Source: Perkinsus chesapeaki ATCC PRA-425 (lineage: Eukaryota > Protista > Perkinsozoa). Taken from it: a stretch of 64,000 nt of DNA. A program made the translations under genes and the position numbers. The DNA is taken from contig JAAPAO010000025.1 in assembly GCA_013115145.1 (NCBI GenBank), positions 1 to 64,000 of the forward strand, in the 5' to 3' direction. Of the stretch, positions 45,229 through 55,685 are shown one piece after another; position 1 is the first letter of the stretch; every line of letters begins with the position of its first letter. The notes below the pieces were generated by a model, which was not told where the DNA came from, ran no database searches, and was given only the letters and a program-made list of their open reading frames with translations.

Positions 45229-48200
45229 CTAGTGTTTCTTGCTCGGGCGGAACTTGGCCTTCTTCGGCTTTCCAGCTGGGTGGGCGCCAAGCGGCGGGAA
45301 CTGCTCCGTCGAGGCGAGATCTACCGGCTCCTCCTTAGAACTCTCCGAGGCCTGCTCACACAATCTACAAAAGCTTTCTAATCCCATCGCCTACCTTCTC
45401 TGAGTGACCAGCATCTCGTCTGGCAAACAGGAACGACTTGGTCTCTGGAAAACCAAAGCCATGCGGATGAACCTCGGCTACTCCTCCCTTACCAGCATGC
45501 GCGGGCTCGTTCTCCTTTTCGGCATCAGGAGACTGTACAGTTATAACATCCTTACGAGCATCTGCAACAATAAAAACATTATCCAAGGCCCGAACGAAAA
45601 TGGTGACCGAACAGAGAGACAACTCCGAACCACGTAACCGCGATGATGATGAAGCCCGCAAGATATTTGCACGAAAAGTGCATGAAAACCCTCCTGATTT
45701 GAGAAAACAGATGTTGAACTCGGCGAGTGAAATTACACAGTGAATGCCAATAATTGAAAGAACTTTTGTAACGAGTATAAAACACAGTTCATCACACCGA
45801 GGAGGTAGCACAAAGACTTCAATCGCAGCTAATAAAATACAACGTTAGCTGCGCTCAAACGCATTCTACACAAGTATCTAAGCTTGAAGCGTGCACGCGA
45901 GTTCCCTGCTCCTCACTCAATTCTTCCTCAATCATAGTGACTGCCTTATCGACAGCCGCCGGTAAGCCAGTAATGGTGACCTGAGCAAATGATGACGATC
46001 CTGGAGCGCAAGGAGAAGGGCGGAGACGAACTTACTATCTGATCTTCACCAACACGAATATCATGACAAACAGATTCTTCAGTGATTCGCCTGAAATGCA
46101 GCAACCGGGGATCGAACCGGGGACCTTTCGGTTGTTGCTGCTTACCTGATAGTGCGACCCTTTGGACCGATCAAAATACCCATCTCATCAGATCGCAGCT
46201 CAATCTGTTTGATCGTGTACTTGGACAACTGCTTCTGTAAACCATCCAAAAACCTGATCAAAATGAACAACCATCACAACTGCGGCGGCGGCCATTTAGG
46301 ATGTGAATCATGCAGGGTGTATATGAATATAACGCACAATCGCAATCGTTAACCCTCTATTGGAGAGAGAGCTCGAATCAAGGAACCAAACAAACAGCTT
46401 ATCTCGGTGGACGATGAAACTGGTGAGACTCTTCTCCCAATTCTCGATCCCCGTCATGTCCTTAGTTATAGCATAAATCATATAAAGTATGTCATAATAA
46501 AACATAAGTTGCCCTCTTACTTATTAAAGTCGGCAACAGCCTTATCCTTGTTCGGTTTCAAGCCATAAACGAAGACGGCTCCATCCGGCTTAGAGTAGTA
46601 CAGAGAAACCGCAGCATCTCTCTGAAACAAAAATACCCTAACCCGGGATAGATCACACGACCCCTCCAAAGAAAGGCAGCCCCCTTAACCGGTAGACCAC
46701 AATAGAACGCAAAATCTCACCTGAATGTCCTGCAAAACCTTGCACCTATCTTGCAGCATCGGCTGGACTGCTTCTTCGGGCACCGCGACACTCACCGGCG
46801 CATAGAACTGCTTTAACTGAAAATGACAAGATAAGCCTCATCGATACCCAGCAAGCGAGAACCTGCTGCTCCGCTACACATCAGCTTCCACTGAGAAAAT
46901 ACTTCCTATCGAAATCTTTATTATTGCATTGACTCCTAGTTCATGCAACGGAAATGAATTATGAAAATATAAGACAACGAGTTGGAATAAACTTACAATT
47001 TTATAAAATTCGGTCTTGTGATTTATTACATCGCATTTGCTCCCCGAGGTAGAAAGTAATCGTTAAAAATATTCCGCACAACGTTCAGGATCCGTGGAGT
47101 ATCGAAACCCGCACGCGCTAGATTATCGTTACCAATTCCTTAGCACGCTCGCGTCCCTCTTGAGTGCCCCAGATATCCATGTAGCTCTCCTCATCCTTAT
47201 TCTGCGCCCTGAAAGAATAAAAAACATCATAGCTGAGAGACGAACCCAGGACCTGCGGATTACTAGCAGCTTATTATACCGCTAGGCCAAACAATCCGAT
47301 GCTTACCGACGGAAGAATATCATAGCCTCTCCATTCAAGGCATTATTGACGCTCGTAGTAGTGGTTTCGCCCCACGTCTTAGTGTGAGCCCTACAAGCAA
47401 ATCTCGTCGGTAGCAAGCCTCACCAACTTACCTCGGCACTTTAACGGTCTCGGTCGTGAAGGAGCACTTCCTGATGAGATCCAACACATCATCTCGAATG
47501 CGAGGGAACTCCTTTCTGGCCGAGTCATCAACAATTATGCCAATCTAACAGCACCAATTTACAAGGTTCTATTTACAATGAGACCTACTTGAGATGCTTC
47601 TAAGTTTTCTGGGTTGGATCTAGCAATCGTTACACCAGGCTCCTTGTTTTTAAGATGGGATACGCGACCAAGCATGTATATCTGAAAACACTCGAAACAC
47701 TCAAACTGGGTAGGATACAAATTATAGAGATACCACTAAACTGCAGCATAGTAGGATTTGATCTACGAGATAGCTTATCATCCCACAAGTGTGATGCTGT
47801 GGGTTTCTGATACGTGGAGATACAACGAATTTTTCAAGAGAAATTCTTTCGTTCCAGAAGGCATCTCTTCCGGACCCAACATCCAATATATGTACTCATG
47901 CTTCTCAGCGATGATGATAGGGCATACAGCAAGCAAACGCACAAGCTCCTTTAATGTAGACCCACCTCTTCGATGGTCTTGTCAGGGTTCATAGTGGTAT
48001 CGAACAGCTTGTCCAAAACCTCATCAGTCGTGTCGATCAGTTCGACATGAAAGCCGGCAAGTATCTGCAATAATAATAATTCCTAAGAAACTATTCACAG
48101 TAGGCTTCATTACCTTAGCGATGACCTTCGATGCGGCCAAAGCTTGGTCTCGTGATGGAGCTCGGCAGTTCACCACAGCACCGTTGCCGCTGAGGGGCGC

Positions 48201-48500
48201 AACAGACACACTGACACCGTACTTCGTTTTCATCTGATAATAAACTATAACGATAAGGATAACGTTGCGTCGGTAGGATAGACTTCAACAACTAGGTCGC
48301 CAAGAAAGTGGATCCGTCGTGCTCACCATTTTAGCGTAGTTATTGCCCATAGAGTCACTCTGGAAGGCTCGGCCTCGGAAACAATCGGTCTGAACAGGCT
48401 CATTGACCATCGGTGGGCCCTCAAACTTGGTCTGTCCTGCTGAATCACCATTACCTGAACACCAAATGTCGCACATGTTTGTATCTTGCACGGATCAACC
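45229..48500 (-). CDS. Multi-KH-domain RNA-binding protein (vigilin-like arrangement), multi-exon; 5' end uncertain
   Basis: MGILIGPKGRTIR|RITEES (GxxG loop), VTITGLPAAVDKAVTMIEEEL, YMDIWGTQEGRERAKEL, VSVAVPEEAVQPMLQDRCKVLQDIQ|RDAAVSL, MKTKYGVSVSV; stop TAG ends at 45229. Confidence 0.8.
46091..46145 (-). ncRNA. 55-nt intron forming a tRNA acceptor-stem/T-arm minihelix
   Basis: GTAA-GCAGCAA-CAACCGAA-AGGTC-CCCGG-TTCGATC-CCCGG-TTGCTGC-A-TTTCAG: 7/7 acceptor-like stem, 4/5 T-stem. Splicing restores IGPKGRTIR|RITEES. Confidence 0.65.
47209..47306 (-). pseudogene. 98-nt KH-gene intron filled by a degenerate tRNA (Thr-AGT-like loop)
   Basis: A-box TGGCCTAGCGG, loop CTAGTAA, AGGTC-CTGGG-TTCGTCT-CTCAG, T-run. 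Splicing joins MIFFRR|AQNKDEES in frame. Confidence 0.7.
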
Positions 48501-49661
48501 TAAGATTCTCACGTGAATTCCTCAATCCAGGAGTGAGTTTCTCACCTTGAGCGGCTGCTTGAGGATTCAGTAGATTTGGCTTGATAAGCAAATTTTGCCC
48601 CTTCATATTTTAAAAGTATGTAAGTTAGCGTCATCCTCGGCCCAGCCTCCATCTTCAGTATCGATTAGACTGGCGCGCGCTTTCTGCACTGCGCATGATT
48701 GCTTGTCACACAGGAGCTGTTGAGCTGGAGCATCTTCCAGCTGATTCTCGTTCTAATTGGGGGCTGATGCACGCTGATAGGCTGTATCTCGCAGAAGCCG
48801 ACTAGTATGGGTTGAGTTCCTACTATACTTTCAGAACTAAACTCAAACCCACATGCGTAAAACCTTCATCTAGCAACGCAACGTGGACCTGTATTATCTA
48901 ATGACAAGTTCCGTCAGTATCTTGTTTGGGTATTCTTATGGTCTAAACTTCTACCATGTATCTACGCACGTTGAACCACTAGCCATCTGTTACATCTGAG
49001 GGTTTCCCTTATACAAGCATGAACCTCTGTAACGACGCCCTATAATCAGCTTTGTAATAACAATCCTCACCGAACACGGTGTGCGCAATGTTTGCACAAA
49101 TCACACAACGAAGTGCTTTTGCATGATGAAAACACCACCAACGTGGTAAGCGTGTACTGCACTTTAAGAGTGGTGCCATAGGTTTATATTGCTAAAGGCG
49201 GGACTTTTATTCCATTTTTCGACTTAGCTAATATTCGTTTGTTAGTAGCTAAGCAGCGTAGCCTAGGCTAGCAAACAGCACGCGCATAAATGGCTGGAAT
49301 CCCGGGCGGCGGCCGACCCTTTGAGGCAAATACGGCATAACCTCACTGAGTACTTGTACACAAGCATCTTTAGTAAAGCGAAAAGCCTCGAAGATACGCG
49401 CATCCGACAAAGCTTCGAAAGGGTTATAGTGATCACTGATCAGCCAGGGGATACCCGTGAAGGACACCAAGAACTGCTATGTCTTCCGCCTGCTCCACGT
49501 CTTCTTCGTCTAAACGGTTGGGAAAGGGCTGCATATGTGCCTATTGATGTGTGTTGAGCTTTCGATTGGGTTTGTGTGTTGAACTACTTAGTTTTTGAGA
49601 TTAAGCCCCACCCAGCCGACTCGGACCCGCACAAGACTTCGCGACATGAACTATTTGTGTA

Positions 49662-49735
49662 GGTGGCTAGCGTAGTTGGTTAGGATACTTGGCCGCTGAG
49701 CCAGAGACGTAGGTTCGATCCATAGATAAATCTTT
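49662..49735 (+). pseudogene. Degenerate tRNA
   Basis: A-box TAGCGTAGTTGG, B-box GGTTCGATCC, T-run after; acceptor stem broken. Confidence 0.55.
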
Positions 49736-49774
49736 TTAACTAGCCTCCACGACGGAAATCGCGCGTAAGGCGTT

Positions 49775-49899
49775 AGGTGAGGTGCACCTCACCTTGCTCC
49801 TTATGATTAGGTGCATAAGGTGTAAGGTGTGAAATAGGTCGCCTCACACCTTAAGGCACCTTGCGCCTCGCACCTATTTATAAGGAGCAAGGTGAGGTG
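49775..49899. repeat. AGGTG-rich foldback
   Basis: 20-bp palindrome AGGTGAGGTGCACCTCACCT (49775-49794). 20-bp perfect IR CACCTCACCTTGCTCCTTAT (from 49785; partner ends 49899) with inner AAGGTGTGA/TCACACCTT pairing. Confidence 0.8.
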
Positions 49900-50209
49900 G
49901 CAGCGTTGTGAAATAGGCCCAAGATTGCTCGAGTTTTAACATGTCGCTCGCCAAATTACTATTTTTCTGCAAGATGCGTAACAGCGCATTCTCCAATCGA
50001 ACTACCGCCCCCTTCATATAGCCATCACTCGATCAAACGGCGGTACTGTAAGCCCCTTAATGCCCCTCGACTTTCACCCACTGTAGAACTAACAGCTTTA
50101 ACCGCTGACTACTGAGCCAACGTTTATTTTCGCATTTTCTCCGGCAGGTCTTCGCATCGCCAGAGCGTGTTAATTAGCTAAGTGCACTTCCAATCACCAC
50201 ATCTTCATA

Positions 50210-51950
50210 ATGGAGGTTGTTATGTGTGAATGCCCTGCACTCACTTTTGGTTACACCTTGTCATCATTCTCGACCAAATCTATTATCCTTAACATCTTCG
50301 TCTATGTGCCGCTGCTCGTACTGATACATGAAGACCCTTTGATCTTTTTTCGCCGCGCTCTACTCATTAGAGTCTTCTGAATGCTCAGTCACAAGTTGTG
50401 ATTACGGAACCCCTAATACGGCGGCCACTAGTCTTTAGTGCCGGTTATTCATTCTGCTCAGTTAAGTTGATTTTCTTCCGCGATGTTCCACCGTCTGATC
50501 TGCTCGTTCATCCTCTTGGCTGTCACCGCTCATGCTCTCTCCGCTCCCTCCAAAAACGTAAAATATGCTTTGATCGCTCAGTTAGAGATCAGCGGCTCCT
50601 TTTAAGCATCCAGCTTTGCGCACTCATCAGAACGAAAAGATTCTTTAAACTTGATTTGGATTGAAATATTAACCAGCTTACCTATTGCTATTGTCTGACG
50701 ATGTTTTTCAGGAAAAGAAGGGTCCTTTTACTGATGATGATTGGGTTGCCGGGGTAAGTCTGCATCCACTCACTTCGGAAGTAATCCTTCATTTTGTCAG
50801 ATAAAGAAATCGGTAAATTCGTCCCAACACTGAAGTGATATTTGTTCCATCAGAACGCAGCTATGTCAGAAGACGAAGCTCAGGCCTATCTGGAGAAAAA
50901 CAAGGCTAAGATGACCGAGGTGAGGTTGCTTTCGAGTTGACAAATAGCTGAGTGTCTCTCTTTATTTCAGATTGAGGAGCAAGTAGGACCCCTCTATCCT
51001 GTGCGCCTGGGAACCTTTCCTTTTAGTTCCCTGCTTACACTGTGGAGAAGATCATTAATCAAGTGGATGCTGAAGAAAGGGTGGGCCCTAAGCTCCGATA
51101 TGCACACGATTTTACCTCCTTTTTAGAATGAGAAAATGAGGAAGGAACTCAGGAAAGACGACCCGTCGGTTGAATTGCCGGAATCACTTGAAGAGCTTGT
51201 GAGCTAATTCTGTCCACTCGAAGTACTCGGTATGATTTCATTCTCTTCAGAGGCACAGACTAGTTGCAGAAAGAAGAAAATTTGTAAGCGTCACAATGTC
51301 GATTGTGAGCATCGCGATGCTTTTTGGTTCAGAATGATCATCTGGCCGACAAGAACCGCAAGAAGGTCTGGGCTGAGGACGTCGAGCTATCTCCTCGGTG
51401 GCAGGAGCACCGTGAGGCCTCGCAGAAACGGTGAGTATTTCAGCGGCGGCGTGCTGAGTTTGCCACTGTTATGGCAGTCTGGACAACTTGATGAAGAGGC
51501 GAGCTGAGCCGCTACATGTAAAGCAACAGAAATTGGAACAGAGAGATCAGAATATGCAAAATGCTGCTAAAATGGCAAAAGTGAGAGCTGCGCGTGGGTC
51601 GATAATATATTTATTAATTACTGTAGATGAAGAGTGAGGCTGAGGAGAGAGTTAAAAGCTATATTACTGGACTCGTGAGAATGATGCATTAAGTGTATAA
51701 GATACGTATGTTACATCAGGATAAAGGCAAGCGTAGTGAAGCAGTAATGCAGTCCAAGGGAATGAATGCTGAGAGATTGGCAAAAGTAACAATCGGTGAA
51801 GTTCAGCCTGGTCAACGTGGCTGCTGATTTAGATCAAAAAAGACGCTGAAGAAAGGGTTAAGAAAACATTGGAAAATAGCGTAAGTATCGATAATGGGAG
51901 TTCGGCTTGCAATGTAAATGTTGGGCAAATAGAGATGCACATGGAAAGAA
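50210..51950 (+). CDS. Coiled-coil hypothetical protein with many short exons
   Basis: GT-AG-bounded exons EKKGPFTDDDWVAG, NAAMSEDEAQAYLEKNKAKMTE, NEKMRKELRKDDPSVELPESLEEL, RHRLVAERRKF, MKSEAEERVKSYITGL, IKKDAEERVKKTLENS. Start uncertain. Confidence 0.65.
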
Positions 51951-52585
51951 GATGACGGATTATCTTTCAACAATTGATGTTACAAAGGAAGTGATCAGAA
52001 CTTATGCCGCATAAGTTGAAAAGAACTATTTTCAGGGTTCGACCGCTGCGGCTTACTAATGGATGATTTATCTTAAAAGACTGTTTATCGTAATGTGTGA
52101 TGTTATCGTGTGATGATGGTGTTGAAAGAAACGGTGTTGAGATAAGTGTAGTCATACACATTCTGTGACAAACATGATAATTTATCACATACTGGGTCTC
52201 ATATGGCGTTCGGATATACCAACAGTACAGAATATGGTATCGAAAAGACAAATAGACAAACCTACGGCTTGAAGTGTACATCCAAGCACAAGTGTTTTCG
52301 GAGACATTAACGCCGCCCTCCGATCAACCACATAATAAAATTGACAAGCTACCTTCTTTAAAAGCCAACTGTTCCTTTAAATGTACCAACACCAGTCTTT
52401 GCGTCGACACAATGTCGTAATTATAAGACCCACATTGCTATAGGATAATTTGCCTGCCCTTCAACGTCGGATCACTCCTGTCCAGAAATTATCCGATACT
52501 TCCGAGAAATCCCGAGTGTTTTTCCGGCACTGTAAAATAACACTTGACAGAAAGAGACGTTTGATTATGGTAAATGATTGATACG

Positions 52586-53050
52586 TTAATGATTCGAAAC
52601 CTCTTGAATGAGTTCTTCTTCATCCTTCCCAGCAGCCACAACGGGGACATTCTTTTTCCTCATCTGCTCTTCAACAGCACTGGAATCGCCTTGGACATCA
52701 AACACTCCGGCGGTGACGTCAATCTCGACGGCTTGTTCCTCGGGAGAGGCGCTTCCTCGGACCAGGACTTGAGCGGAATCACGGACGACTTCGGGATCAC
52801 AGTTAACTTGAACGCCTGCAGCAGTTGCTGGGGTGGCGAGAAAGTTCTTTACACGCGATAGGAGATCATCGACTTTCGGAACAGGACCGAAGTTTGGGCG
52901 TCCTGAGCCTTGGGCACGGGGCGTCGAGACGGAAGAATCAGAGTCCGAGGAGCTAGAGGTGTCAGAATTATTTACAAGTAGACTCAGAGGAACCGAAGCT
53001 TCGCCGAAGTTCTTGAGTGACTCGTCGGTAGTGTTGTTGTCGACAGTCAT
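52586..53050 (-). CDS. NOPCHAP1/C12orf45 (DUF4598)-like protein
   Basis: Ser/Asp-rich tract, VDDLLSRVKNFLA (cf. LL..V..FLP), AVEIDVTAGVFDVQG (cf. IEMNLGLGVLE), C-terminal EELIQEV. Confidence 0.55.
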   Translation of the reverse strand: MTVDNNTTDESLKNFGEASVPLSLLVNNSDTSSSSDSDSSVSTPRAQGSGRPNFGPVPKVDDLLSRVKNFLATPATAAGVQVNCDPEVVRDSAQVLVRGSASPEEQAVEIDVTAGVFDVQGDSSAVEEQMRKKNVPVVAAGKDEEELIQEVSNH

Positions 53051-53692
53051 AGTAAATTGGAACTTGCACAGCGTCGGATTATGAGTGAACCAACAGAGCC
53101 CCTTGGTTTATACCAGCATCAAGTTGAGAAGGGAGATCGAAGAAGTGATAGTTGGTGAATATTGATTCACTCTCTCCTAGAAAAGTAATAGATTCCGTCA
53201 TCTCGATATCCTTTATCTTGGTCTCTCTGATAAAGGGCTAGAGATTTCTAGAGCGGAGCCGCGGGATTGATTTCTGCGAGCTTCATGGATGCCCCGACGC
53301 AAGCAGCGTTTTGCCAAGTCGAGACTGCAGCGGTTTTTCGTGCACTTTGCAAGAAAAGATTGTTTGCACCGCGGCGAGACGTCCATGCAGCAAGGAGCTG
53401 TTTGGTCCTTTGATAAGGAAAGTTCCAAGCTGACGTGTGTGATAGATAAATCTTAGTGGGTACCACACATGGTATCTGAGGTCTTACTTCTGTTTAATAC
53501 CGTGCATCTGCTGTACATGATTTTGCTGTATAATCCTTCAAGAGCTTCGGCTATTCAATCGCCGTGGGAATTCCCTCATTTCTAGGATTTCTCTTCAAGT
53601 TTTATTCTCCACGCCCAATTCGAGTACCCTCTTCTCGCGGAGTCGATCAGTTTCCATGATCCGAACTTTTAATGCAGGTAAGTTCCACCGTA

Positions 53693-54732
53693 ATGGTGGA
53701 AACGATTTCCACCCAATTCGACTACCTCTCCCTTTTAGGAACTTGTTTCTGTGCCAGCCTCCGTACCGGTATGTTCATCTGCATATTAGTAATCCTCATT
53801 ACCGGCTTAATCGACTTAATGTGGCGATGCAGAATCTACTTCCACGAGAACGCGATACTCGTAGGTGCTCTCTCACCGCCCACATTTTTGCGAGAACCCG
53901 GAGAGTCGGCCCTTGTCAATTGCTAGTGTGTTCCTTTTTCAGTACCCGATCGTCAAAGTGATAATGTTTGACTTCGCTCCTATAGTACTTTACATTCTCA
54001 TTGGGCTTAACTTCCTCATTGGCTGTGCAACTATAGTAACGGACTCGGGGAATGCCAAATATCAATTGAGCAAGGTAAAACACAAAAAGTTGCTATAGAT
54101 ATCCGGCATCAATTCAAGGCGTCATACGGGCACTAAGTGAGTCCTACTTCGTTGCTCTTCAGGTATGGTTGATATGCCTGGTTCTTACCTGTATATGGTG
54201 GATGGTGGTCGGAGCTGACCTACCAACGAAGCTTAGGCAACTTCGACAACAGTTCGGTTTGTCTGGTGCACTCGGCAAAGCACAAGAACATCCATCGAGA
54301 GTTGGAAAGCTGCTTCGAGGGAAGAGGAGGAGCACCGTTCTTCAAAGCGCTGCTTTCGTGGCTGATCACACGGTTGTGTCTGTTATGTCCGAAACATTAC
54401 CGGAGCCTCTTGGTGAGCTGCTCTGGCTTAGCATGCATTCCCCTATTGTCTTGCTTATATTTGGCATTTTACCTTCATTGATAGTTTCTAGTACTATAGT
54501 GTATGTGGGCAGCTATGCTCATGTGGTATCGCGAGGTGGAGACGGTACGGAATGCGTGAGTGGCGAACGAATTGACCGTTTTTACGAAGTGTTGGCTGAG
54601 GACGAGTAGGCTACAACTACGTACGTGTCGTGCTCACTGTTCTTCAGAATTCTCGATGCTAGCGAGTCGCAACTGCCGGTTGATTCGCCCGATGAGTATC
54701 CGACCTCCGAGGACTACCCCGAAGAAATATGA
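53693..54732 (+). CDS. Small multi-pass membrane protein, multi-exon
   Basis: TCFCASLRTGMFICILVILITGLIDL, LYILIGLNFLIGCATIV, LLIFGILPSLIVSSTIVYVGSY, acidic tail ending EDYPEEI. Confidence 0.55.
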
Positions 54733-55685
54733 GGGTTGACGGGACAAACTACAAATTGTATGAACTAAGGAAGCTGCATGATGTTACAGGAATCGTATGT
54801 TGTTCACTTTGTTGCACTCCGGGTTGTGTTAAGTTCAAAACGTGGCTAAGAAGGGTGCGCCCAACTGTGCGCTGAAACAATAAACGGGACTGACATTTGC
54901 AGCAGCACTGCAGCTTGATGCAGTATGGTAAAATGAGACGAGGCTCAATTGCGAGTAGTACTCAGCGTACTACACTTAGTACTCTGCGCGATGAGTCGAT
55001 CACCCAATCGATAGCTGATTGTCGATAGTTCATGTGTGCGTAAGCGCATTAATGAAACACAGCAGCACACGAAGGACATGCGAGCCGCTCCTCGACATGT
55101 TCCCAGATTTCTTCTGTCAGCTTAGCCGGCCATTACTAGTCTGATAATACTAGGTACCTCCGAGTCGTCGGCTTTTAAAAAGCCGCTTTTTCTTCCTACT
55201 CAACCCTCTTGCAAGAAGTAGCCGATTAAAGAATTGGCTCAAGGACCTCCCTGAGCAACTTCAGTACTACTTCAGTATGTTAGCCAGCACCACTCTTGCC
55301 GCTCCTTTTTCTAGTCCCTTCCAAATGAATTGTCAACACAATTCTTCCTTCCCTGACGATCAAATCCGATCTAAGATCGGTGGGAGCAAGACTTGCTCCC
55401 ACCGAGTGCTAGTCTGTATAAACTGACAGTTTGTGAGAGCTAACCATGCCCCAAGGCGAACTTGGACTGTCACGATCATCTAAAACTCGGTGGGACCTCT
55501 TCCGGGTTGTTGTGGGTTGGGTAACCCAACTTGGGTTAAAATCTTCTGCTTAAACGGCAATGCAGCCGGATTGACCATCAGGTCGTACAAAGTATGCCGC
55601 GAACCTGAAGACTTCAGGTACCCGACATTTCCTCAAGGAGTTCCGATCATAACACAAACTGTCGGGCACGGGGGTGTTCACGTCT

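Larger units (their letters stand above)
49249..49920 (-). mobile_element. PIF/Harbinger-like transposon remnant (transposase N-terminal fragment + one putative terminus)
   Basis: LSDARIFEAFRFTKDACVQVLSEV...RRPGFQPFMRVLFASLGYAA resembles the HARBI1-type N-terminus (LSDEEFR.RFRFSK...LL.ALRF.ATG). GGGCCTATTTCACAAC terminus at 49920 on the minus strand. Confidence 0.6.
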
